Source: Auanema rhodensis
Lineage: Eukaryota > Animalia > Nematoda
Assembly (NCBI GenBank): GCA_964057225.1
Contig: OZ059895.1
Location: 14,074,001 to 14,138,000, forward strand
Reading direction: 5' to 3'
Length of the DNA: 64,000 nucleotides
In this document: in pieces, positions 49,701-60,319 of the stretch
Layout of the letters: every line of letters starts with the position of its first letter
How positions within the stretch are numbered: position 1 is the stretch's first letter
Program-made: the position numbers and the translations under genes
Notes under the pieces: generated by a model
Database searches by the model: none
The model's input: the letters and a program-made list of their open reading frames with translations, nothing else
Told to the model about the DNA's origin: nothing

Positions 49701-51929
49701 TCCAATGATTTTCGATTCATGTTGCTCTCCAGTGGAGAGCGTTCCAAAATTTATTTCGAACACAGAATGTTTCTGGTTGAATCAGGAAAGTACCTCAAAC
49801 TTGGGTAATTAAACCGACGATGCAGTCTCACCTCCCAGTGGCATCAATGCAAGTGTCGTATCACATAGACGTGTTGTATCTCTCCCCCCAACATGGTATA
49901 GACCGTCTCTCTTGACTAGACACCATGGGTCATGCACACGTGGAGGCTACATCTGAACTTGGCTCATCTCAACTATAATTCCCAGAATGATTATCATTTT
50001 CGTTGATTTTTCAATTTTAAAAATCCAAAGAACTTGATTCATCCAATGATTTTCGATTCATGTTGCTCTCCAATGGAGAGCGTTCCAAAATTTAATTCGA
50101 ACACAGAATGTTTCTGGTTGAATCAGGAAAGTACCTCAAACTTGGGTAATTAAACCGACGATGCAGTGTCACCTCCCAGTGGCATCAATGCAAGTGTCGT
50201 ATCACATAGACGTGTTGTATCTCTCCCCCCAACATGGTATAGACCGTCTCTCTTGACTAGACACCATGGGTCATACACACGTGTAGGCTACATCCGAACT
50301 TGGCTCATCTCAACTATAATTCCCAGAATGATTATCATTTTCGTTGATTTTTCAATTTTAAAAATACAAAGAACTTGATTCATCCAATGATTTTCGATTC
50401 ATGTTGCTCTCCAATGGAGAGCGTTCCAAAATTTAATTCGAACACAGAATGTTTCTGGTTGAATCAGGAAAGTACCTCAAACTTGGGTAATTAAACCGAC
50501 GATGCAGTGTCACCTCCCAGTGGCATCAATGCACGTGTCGTATCACATAGACGTGCTGTGTCTCTCCCCCCAACATGGTATAGACCGTCTCTCTTGACTA
50601 GACACCATGGGTCATACACACGTGTAGGCTACATCCGAACTTGGCTCATCTCAACTACAATTCCCAGAATGATTATCATCCTCATTGATTTTTCAATTTT
50701 AAAAATCCAAAGAACTTGATTCATCTAATGATTTTCGATTCATGTTGCTCTCCAGTGGAGAGCGTTCCAAAATTTAATTCGAACACAGAATGTTTCTGGT
50801 TGAATCAGGAAAGTACCTCAAACTTGGGTAATTAAACCGACGATGCAGTGTCACCTCCCAGTGGCATCAATGCACGTGTCGTATCACATAGACGTGCTGT
50901 GTCTCTCCCCCCAACATGATAAAGACCGTCTCTCTTGACTAGACACCATGGGTCATACACACGTGTAGGCTACATCCGAACTTGGCTCATCTCAACTACA
51001 ATTCCCAGAATGATTATCATCCTCATTGATTTTTCAATTTTAAAAATCCAAAGAACTTGATTCATCTAATGATTTTCGATTCATGTTGCTCTCCAGTGGA
51101 GAGCGTTCCAAAATTTAATTCGAACACAGAATGTTTCTGGTTGAATCAGGAAAGTACCTCAAACTTGGGTAATTAAACCGACGATGTAGTGTCACCTCCC
51201 AGTGGCATCAATGCAAGTGTCGTATCACATAGACGTGTTGTATCTCTCCCCCCAACATGATAAAGACCGTCTCTCTTGACTAAACACCATGGGTCATACA
51301 CACGTGTAGGCTACATCCGAACTTGGCTCATCTTAACTATAATTCCCAGAATGATTATCATTTTCGTTGATTTTTCAATTTTAAAAATCCAAAGAACTTG
51401 ATTCTTCCAATGATTTTCGATTCATGTTGCTCTCCAGTGGAGAGCGTTCCAAAATTTAATTCGAACACAGAATGTTTCTGGTTGAATCAGGAAAGTACCT
51501 CAAACTTGGGTAATTAAACCGACGATGCAGTGTCACCTCCCAGTGGCATCAATGCAAGTGTCGTATCACATAGACGTGTTGTATCTCTCCCCCCAACATG
51601 GTATAGACCGTCTCTCTTGACTAGACACCATGGGTCATACACACGTGTAGGCTACATCCGAACTTGGCTCATCTCAACTATAATTCCCAGAATGATTATC
51701 ATTTTCGTTGATTTTTCAATTTTAAAAATCCAAAGAACTTGATTCATCCAATGATTTTCGATTCATGTTGCTCTCCAGTGGAGAGCGTTCCAAAATTTAA
51801 TTCGAACACAGAACGTTTCTGGTTGAATCAGGAAAGTACCTCAAACTTGGGTAATTAAACCGACGATGCAGTGTCACCTCCCAGTGGCATCAATGCACGT
51901 TTCGTATCCCATTGGGGTGTTGTGCATCT
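43731..51929 (-). ncRNA. sls-1: Tandem array of 24 SL1 spliced-leader RNA genes, 340/341-bp unit
   Basis: Each unit contains the reverse complement of GGTTTAATTACCCAAGTTTGAG|GTACTTTCC...AAATTTTGGAAC GCTCTCC-ACT-GGAGAGC. SL 5' ends at 44026, 44366, 44706, 45046, 45386, 45726, 46066, 46407, 46748, 47089, 47429, 47770, 48111, 48452, 48792, 49133, 49474, 49815, 50156, 50497, 50838, 51179, 51520 and 51861. Confidence 0.97.
43931..44026 (-). ncRNA. sls-1: Representative SL1 snRNA gene (~96 nt)
   Basis: 22-nt SL1 exon identical to the canonical nematode SL1 (44005-44026), GT donor, Sm-binding site AATTTTGG and a terminal 7-bp hairpin. The 3' end is estimated. Confidence 0.95.
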
Positions 51930-51942
51930 TTTAGAGCGATAT

Positions 51943-54900
51943 CGTTCCATTCGGAGATCAATACGTAGCAAGCAGGTTAGAATCAGACGACATGAGGCTG
52001 AGAGAGGACGACACGCCCTTCATGTGGAACACAGCCTTTAGCTTTGCCTTATGGATTGACTATGGATGGTTGGTCTTCCTTTCTTAGCTCTCTTTTACTT
52101 TATATCTTTATGTTGACTTATATAACTTATTGTAATCATGTAGACATAATAAACCTTTCTTTCTCGAGTCTTATGTTTATCCATTATGCTCTATATCTAC
52201 CGCTACATTTGGAATACTATTACACTCATCTTGTAGGCTTTATTGGCCTATAGGATCGATGTGAGAGCATAACGGAACGTGGAGATTCCACCTCGAACGT
52301 TTCTCTTATTTTCTTAAATTTTATTCACTCTCGTAATTTTCATTTCATTTAACTTTCTCCTATCCATTGCCATCTTCTCTACGCTAAAACACAAAACGGA
52401 GGGGCCAACATCGTTATAGGGAACAGATGCAAGGAACTCTCATAATAAGAGAGAAAAATTACACATTTTGGGAAGAATTTATTTTACTTGATCCCGTTGT
52501 TCACAATTTTGTCATGTCTGAACCTAAGTCACATATCCTTGTTATTAACATCTGATTATACTGTTACCCGACCTCGAAGCCACATGAGGACTTTAGGCTG
52601 AATTCGTGAACAGATTCACCTAAAGATTTTATATATTTTGATTACCCACACCATTCTCCTCTTAAGGATTGATTTCGGCTTTGAGGAAAGAATAACTCCA
52701 GTTATTTCTTAAATTTTGTGGATGAAAAGCATGCCAATTTGAATTTTAAATAATTTTGCGATAAGGACTATTATATTTTGCGTTTAAAATCGTTCAGACA
52801 ACTTTTAGCATTTACCATCCAAAAAATATAACAAAACGCTTAAAAATCGTACGGGAAACCTCACAACAAGTGAGAGGATGTTTAATTTAATAACTTACAT
52901 TCGCTATAGTCCGAAAAATCCTGCGATATTCTCACAAACTGATCTCCCAATTTAAATTTATTCGTCAGGTCGAGTTGGCTAAAGCATATTAGTTGGATTT
53001 TCTCCCCATACTATATGTCACCTTCCTCATACCGTTTTGTTGTTTAGAAACATGAGACTCAATTCCAAATCATCTTATTCTTTTTATAATTTCGTATAGT
53101 TCTTGTAAATTTTAGTCAGCTATGTAACTTCAATATTATAAAACGAGATCTTTGGTTTGCAAAACGACTACGGTAGATTTTCTTAAAAAAGATCCTTACT
53201 TCCCGTTGAACCATGAACGAACGAATTAAGTATGCAATTGGGACTAGTAATTCCTCTTGGATAGATTGATGGATTACCAAAGGCCAATTTTAATACAACT
53301 TTTTGGAATGCCTAAGGGAGTTTGCGACTAAAAATCAGAAATTTCTATAATAAAGAGAAGGGAATAAGCCCATTGAGACTAGGCAATCATCCATAATGTG
53401 GGCGAAGAGAAAAGAAAAATGCAAATGCTATACAAATTGGACCCAAAAGACCAAGATAACCAAAGTCCAATTCCAAAGTACGGTAGAAGGCGGATCTAAA
53501 GTTATGGCCAGAACCTTAGATTCATTCCTATCCTTCCGACTTGACCAAACCAGTTGTCAGTCTCAATCTAACTTTTCCCAACTTACCACCAACAACTAAA
53601 CGTACATACCCGCCCAATTACGTTCAAATTCCATCATCCCACACGTAATCAGACACTCGAGGTTTTTTTCAAACCAAGAGCCCTAACAAGGTGGAGAGAA
53701 GGTATAACTCAGCAGTACCTCTTAGTACACACTCCAACCCGGATCCCCGTGATTCAGCTCCAGTAACTAGAAGCCAAACTCGCGCGCAAAGTGTCGCTAT
53801 CATCAACGAAGACACAGCAGAGGAGAAACCTAACATCGAAAAATTTTACACACCTCGCGCTAGTACGTTTTCTCCTTCAGAACATTTTAGCGATCCGGAC
53901 TACACACCATCCGGAGACGACGAGCGATCCTTGATCATAGACGAACAGACACCGAACACTACTACGAAAGAAAAGAAGACACAAACGCGCATTTGTTAAA
54001 GAATGTTTATTTCCTGTGGATCAAGATAGAGGAATGGAAGTTGAAGATTTTGAAACTTTTCAATCGAAGTTCAACATGTGGAGCAGCGCACAACACTCGC
54101 TCCAAAGCAAGGAACAGCGACTCAGATGACGACAGTGACATCGAAATTGTTGAATTTATACACGGAAACAATAACAAAGAATTAGACACTGAAATTGACT
54201 CACAAGACCCATCGGATCAAAACTGGATACCATCAAGAAGAAGATAAAACAACTACATTGATTACACTATTGTTAAACATTCTACATGAAATCTTTTTAA
54301 GGAAACTAGAGCTAAAAAAAAAATAATTTTACCAATACAAGCAAAAGATAGATGAGCAGTAAGCTATAACATAACGAGCAGTCAAGTTTCAAGCAAACCG
54401 AAAAAAAATTAGCTACAAAATATCATAAACGTTACTCCGATTTCAAATAATTTCCCTTAAAATCCGAAGAAATGAAAGATGAGAGACATCATATTGCAAT
54501 TTCAGCTAAGCAACAGTCATCATCAAGTAATTAATGATTCATTTCTGGAAATTATACGGGATTGTTTTAATAATTCCAAACAAATAATGTTTTCTTTCAA
54601 AGCTGAAGAAACAGCCTAGCTTTATTGAGAATATAGCTTAACTCTCGCTACTCTGCTCTATATTGGTTAGACATACAGCGCTGTGCCCAAAATAATACTT
54701 ACATGCACTTTCGCTGATAAAATATAGCTCTAGTATTCTTAAAAGATTGTGTTTTTGCTTTATACTCATGTATACTTAATTTTTATTAAATTTTTTAGAC
54801 AATATTGTTAAGGATAATATTGTATAATTTTGTATTATTTGAACAACAATAATGTATTTTAACATGTAAAACTTCTAAACCTCTTGCTACGATTGAAACA

Positions 54901-55286
54901 AGCCACACATTATTATAGTTGCGAGGACGCGACATAAACTCGAAAAAATGGCTTCCATCCGGATGATCAATACGTAGCAGGCGGGTTAGAGCTAGACGAC
55001 AAGAGACGAGAAGAGCTGACACGCCCTTTATATGGAACTCAGGCTTTAGTTCTGTCTCATGGAATGACTAAGGATGGCTTGTCATCTCCTCTAGCTCACC
55101 TATAGTTTATATCTCTTTATTTCTTATCGTAACTTATTGTAATCATTATGTAGAATAAACCTTTTTTTTCATGAGTCTTATGTTTATTCATTATGCTCTA
55201 TATCTACCGCTACATTTGGAATACTGTATCGCACATCTTATAGACTACATTGGTCTATAGGATAGATGCGAGAGCACAACGGAACG
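51943..55286 (+). mobile_element. Degenerate LTR retrotransposon inserted in the SL1 array
   Basis: Diverged direct repeats at 51943-52279 (337 bp) and 54951-55286 (336 bp), each with AATAAA and the shared block CATTATGCTCTATATCTACCGCTACATTTGGAATACT. A PBS follows LTR1 immediately. The ~2.7-kb interior has only broken ORFs (53396-54247, low complexity, TRSQTR/TRSKAR motifs). No RT or integrase was recognised, and no TSD was seen. Confidence 0.75.
52280..52292 (+). other. Primer-binding site complementary to tRNA-Gln 3' end
   Basis: TGGAGATTCCACC matches the tRNA-Gln PBS TGGAGGTTCCACC at 12/13 positions and abuts the end of LTR1. Confidence 0.7.
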
Positions 55287-56203
55287 CACTATGGGTCATA
55301 CACACGTGGAGGCTACATCGAACTTGGCTCATCTCAACTATAATTCCCAGAATGATTATCATCTTCGTTGATTTTTCAATTTTAAAAATCCAAAGAACTT
55401 GATTCATCCAATGATTTTCGATTCATATTGCTCTCCAGTGGAGAGCGTTCCAAAATTTAATTCGAACACAGAATCTTTCTGGTTGAATCAGGAAAGTACC
55501 TCAAACTTGGGTAATTAAACCGACGATGCAGTGTCACCTCCCAGTGGCATCAATGCAAGTGTCGTATCACATAGACGTGTTGTATCTCTCCCCCCAACAT
55601 GGTATAGACCGTCTCTCTTGACTAGACACCATGGGTCATACACACGTGTAGGCTACATCTAAACTTGGCTCATCTCAACTATAATTCCCAGAATGATTAT
55701 CATCTTCGTTGATTTTTCATTTTTAAAAATCCAAAGAACTTGATTCATCCAATGATTTTCGATTCATGTTGCTCTCCAGTGGAGAGCGTTCCAAAATTTA
55801 ATTCGAACACAGAATGTTTCTGGTTGAATCAGGAAAGTACCTCAAACTTGGGTAATTAAACCGAAGAAGCAGTGTCACCTCCCAGTGGCATCAATGCAAG
55901 TGTCGTATCACATAGACGTGCTGTATCTCTCCCCCCAACATGGTATAGACCGTCTCTCTTGACTTGACACCATGGGTCATACACACGTGTAGGCTACATC
56001 TGAACTTGGCTCATCTCAACTATAATTCCCAGAATGATTATCATCTTCGTTGATTTTTCATTTTTAAAAATCCAAAGAACTTGATTCATCCAATGATTTT
56101 CGATTCATGTTGCTCTCCAGTGGAGAGCGTTCCAAAATTTAATTCGAACACAGAATGTTTCTGGTTGAATCAGGAAAGTACCTCAAACTTGGGTAATTAA
56201 ACC
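55287..56203 (-). ncRNA. sls-1: Three further SL1 RNA genes (5' ends 55521, 55862, 56203)
   Basis: The same 341-bp unit resumes after the LTR element. The copy at 56203 has foreign sequence starting ~4 nt upstream of its first G. Confidence 0.96.
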
Positions 56204-56254
56204 GAACAAATATCATTAATTGTGAATCCACCAAAAGGGTTAAATTCGTTTAAA

Positions 56255-57934
56255 CTATGTGGATCTTGTCCGCTTTTTGTACCATTTGCTAACCTGAAAA
56301 TATAAGTAAAACTAAAATAATTCAATCTACAAGATACCATAATCCATATGGATAACGACCTACTCCCAGTTCGTGATGGTCAGTGTTTTGAGTTATAGTT
56401 TTCCAATCATTCAGTTGTATAGAAGCCAACAAAAACTTAAAAAACAAAAATAATATAAACGCTCAAGTTCAAATTCAAGTTTCTCACTTTAGCCAAAGCA
56501 GCATCAATAATAGTTTTGATGAACCGCCCATTAACTATTGGATCTTTCTTCCAATTTTCGGAGATACAACCTATAAAGTAAATAATACATTGGCACATAC
56601 GATAGAGTTGTATACCCAAAGTCAATAATAGTTTGCATGGTAATTACAATGTGGACTAGTTAAGCCTCGTTGAATTGATCTCTAGCTGTTTTTCCTCCAG
56701 TAAATCCATCAGAAGGTTCCATGTAAAGATCTGGAAATATATCAGCTTTTAAGTATTTTTTATGGCTCAACCTTGTAGATCATTTCCATTTTATAAATAA
56801 AACAAAGACAAATAATTTATTTATTAAATATTACAAAGATGGAAAATACCAGAATCATCATATAAATCTATCGTACATGTGTATTCCGAATTACCGTAAT
56901 TCTTCTTGTATTTTAACTCCATCATGATTATCATTGGCATCGGCGTCTGTATCTACGGAAAATCAACATTTTTTTACTTCAATCACATAACACTTACCTT
57001 TCTAATCGTTGAATATCATCTTTCTTACTTTCACATTTGTTTTGCATATTATGTTGATATCCAGTAAAAACTCATTAATCGGAGGCCCATCTATTGGAGA
57101 CTCTATCATTAACAACATTATTATTACGTATTAAATAAGCCAATTCTTTTTTAATTTTTTCAAAAACAAATATTCTTCTCACCTGCTTCTTCTTCTCTTC
57201 TAACTCTTTGATCTTCAGCCGTCTGGATATTATCAGTTAAACTCGAATCTTCTTTTATCTTTTTCGAAGAGACTTCAGGAGAATGGTGAGTTTTACTTGA
57301 TTCACTCAATGCGTCTTGGCTGAAAATATAGAATTAGTTTACTGTACTTTACTTATATCGATTTAGAATTACCGTAATTCTTCTTGTATTTTAACTCCAT
57401 CATGATTATCATCGGCATCGGCGTCTGTATCTACTGAAAAGTTTTTTCCTTTTTTAATTTTTTCAAAAACAAATATTCTTCTCACCTGCTTCTTCTTCTC
57501 TTCTAACTCTTTGATATGTTGCTCCATCAAAGCCAAAGTTAACATGTCTAAACTTCTCAAAACTGTCATAATCACTAATATCATCGCCAGGAAGTTGACA
57601 AGGAAACCCTTGATTAGAAAGCATTGCTAAAATTAATTTGTTTTTACTGCAATCACATAACACTTACTTTTAAAAATATTTTGTGCAAGATGTTTAAAGT
57701 AATCACAGACTCCCATTTTTTTATCATTAGCAACAGGATAATACTTCTGATTTAAATAATCAGCCCCTTTTTTAAATATTTTTTTAGCTTTGATTGATAT
57801 CTATAATATTTTGAAAACTAAAAAAATATTCAACAGAGATTAACCGTCTGGATATTATCAGTTAAACTCGAGTCTTCTTTTATCTTTTCCGAAGAGACTT
57901 CAGGAGAATGGTGAGTTTTACTTGAATCGCTCAT
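56255..57934 (-). CDS. Orphan multi-exon gene with internally duplicated exons; ~220-aa open frame over 6 exons to TAG at 57002-57004, then further exon-like blocks to 56255 (possibly a pseudogene)
   Basis: TTTTCAG-GCCACA-ATG, then GT-AG exons that join in phase: MSDSSKTHHSPEVSSEKIKEDSSLTDNIQT / ISIKAKKIFKKGADYLNQKYYPVANDKKMGVCDYFKHLAQNIFK / TMLSNQGFPCQLPGDDISDYDSFEKFRHVNFGFDGATYQRVRREEEA / VDTDADADDNHDGVKIQEELR / QDALSESSKTHHSPEVSSKKIKEDSSLTDNIQTAEDQRVRREEEA / ESPIDGPP...FND*. Confidence 0.6.
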
Positions 57935-58160
57935 TGTGGCCTGAAAATATAGAATTAGTTTACTCTACTTTACTTATAATCAAGCAAATCGCGAAAAATA
58001 ATTGATATAATCGTATGAAATGGGAAAACTTTTTAATTTCTTTTTAATTTAGTGAAAATTCTAATTTTATATAGTTTTCTTGAGGTTTGATGAAGAATGA
58101 AACGGATTGAGTTTGAATTCAAGCTGAAGGTATAATGATTCAATAGCGATGTGATATCTA

Positions 58161-58381
58161 CAGTCCTGTGCGATACCTACGGTCCTGTCCAGTCCTTTCC
58201 TATGGCATAGTTTCAAACAAGTAAGCTTCAGCATCTGAATTTTATCTATGAAGATAAGTTGGTTTTTCTGCATTCATTATCGTTTTTTAATATTCAAAAT
58301 ATATTTCTTTGAATTTTTGTAGTTTGTCAGAGAAGGTATAAGGGTTTCTAGTGGGTGTGCAACCCTCATCGCACAGGACTG
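58161..58381. mobile_element. Tc1/mariner-type MITE (221 bp) in the palindrome spacer
   Basis: Perfect 14-bp terminal inverted repeats CAGTCCTGTGCGAT ... ATCGCACAGGACTG, flanked by TA on both sides (58159-60 and 58382-83). Confidence 0.8.
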
Positions 58382-58996
58382 TATATGAGATATGAAACGA
58401 TAATATTATTTGTCTTACAATAAATAAACTGATATGGAATTTTAATTATTGCTTGTATAATCATTTCGCCGATAAAGAGGGCGTTTTAGATAAAGCTGAT
58501 GCTATTCAAGATAAAGGTATATAAAGGTGTAACTAAAGAATATATTAAAATAATAATAACAATAATAATATAATTATATATTATAATTATTATTATATTA
58601 ATTATAATATAATTATATGAATTTGAATGAAGAGCGGAAGTAATGTTACTGTTATCTGTTAAGCTGCTTTTTATACGAGAAAAATTGTTCTAGAATTTTC
58701 TGAACTGTTGTCTTCGTTGTAAGACTTATTAAGTACAATATTGTCTCATACCGTATCTTATACATCTTCGCATAGAAGCTCATCATTATACTTTCAGCTT
58801 GAATTCAAACCCAATCCGTTTCATTCTTTATCAAACCTCAAGAAAACTATATAAAATTAGAATTTTCACTACTTGTAGAAATTAAAAAGTTTTCCCATTT
58901 CATACGATTATATCAATTATTTTTCGCGATTTGCTTGATTATAAGTAAAGTAGAGTAAACTAATTCTATATTTGTATTATATTTGTAGTATATATT

Positions 58997-60268
58997 TGGA
59001 GCAACATATCAAAGAGTTAGAAGAGAAGAAGAAGCAGGTGAGAAGAATATTTGTTTTTGAAAAAATTAAAAAAGGAAAAAACTTTTCAGTAGATACAGAC
59101 GCCGATGCCGATGATAATCATGATGGAGTTAAAATACAAGAAGAATTACGGTAATTCTAAATCGATATAAGTAAAGTACAGTAAACTAATTCTATATTTT
59201 CAGCCAAGACGCATTGAGTGAATCAAGTAAAACTCACCATTCTCCTGAAGTCTCTTCGAAAAAGATAAAAGAAGATTCGAGTTTAACTGATAATATCCAG
59301 ACGGCTGAAGATCAAAGAGTTAGAAGAGAAGAAGAAGCAGGTGAGAAGAATATTTGTTTTTGAAAAAATTAAAAAAGAATTGGCTTATTTAATACGTAAT
59401 AATAATGTTGTTAATGATAGAGTCTCCAATAGATGGGCCTCCGATTAATGAGTTTTTACTGGATATCAACATAATATGCAAAACAAATGTGAAAGTAAGA
59501 AAGATGATATTCAACGATTAGAAAGGTAAGTGTTATGTGATTGAAGTAAAAAAATGTTGATTTTCCGTAGATACAGACGCCGATGCCAATGATAATCATG
59601 ATGGAGTTAAAATACAAGAAGAATTACGGTAATTCGGAATACACATGTACGATAGATTTATATGATGATTCTGGTATTTTCCATCTTTGTAATATTTAAT
59701 AAATAAATTATTTGTCTTTGTTTTATTTATAAAATGGAAATGATCTACAAGGTTGAGCCATAAAAAATACTTAAAAGCTGATATATTTCCAGATCTTTAC
59801 ATGGAACCTTCTGATGGATTTACTGGAGGAAAAACAGCTAGAGATCAATTCAACGAGGCTTAACTAGTCCACATTGTAATTACCATGCAAACTATTATTG
59901 ACTTTGGGTATACAACTCTATCGTATGTGCCAATGTATTATTTACTTTATAGGTTGTATCTCCGAAAATTGGAAGAAAGATCCAATAGTTAATGGGCGGT
60001 TCATCAAAACTATTATTGATGCTGCTTTGGCTAAAGTGAGAAACTTGAATTTGAACTTGAGCGTTTATATTATTTTTGTTTTTTAAGTTTTTGTTGGCTT
60101 CTATACAACTGAATGATTGGAAAACTATAACTCAAAACACTGACCATCACGAACTGGGAGTAGGTCGTTATCCATATGGATTATGGTATCTTGTAGATTG
60201 AATTATTTTAGTTTTACTTATATTTTCAGGTTAGCAAATGGTACAAAAAGCGGACAAGATCCACATAG
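58997..60268 (+). pseudogene. 5'-deleted mirror copy of the orphan gene
   Basis: Reverse complement of 56255-57526. It lacks the equivalent of 57527-57944 (acceptor, ATG, exons 1-2 and most of exon 3), which is replaced by a 23-bp filler at 58974-58996. Confidence 0.75.
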
Positions 60269-60319
60269 TTTAAACGAATTTAACCCTTTTGGTGGATTCA
60301 CAATTAATGATATTTGTTC

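Noticed and set aside
46076-51742. Repeated 70-aa ORF (MSPPSGINA...) in the array
   Set aside because: It starts at GTG, lies antisense in the SL1 spacer, and is broken by TGA or 1-bp indels in most units, so it is a by-product of the repeat.
51930-60319. NeSL-type non-LTR retrotransposon inserted in SL1 genes
   Set aside because: No long RT/REL-endonuclease ORF, and the insertions do not split the SL exon. One insert has LTR+PBS structure and the other has spliceosomal introns.
56204-60319. Palindromic core as one foldback or long-TIR DNA transposon
   Set aside because: The symmetry continues into the flanking SL1 arrays, which themselves switch orientation. A simple insertion would leave the flanks co-oriented, and no transposase or TSD is seen.
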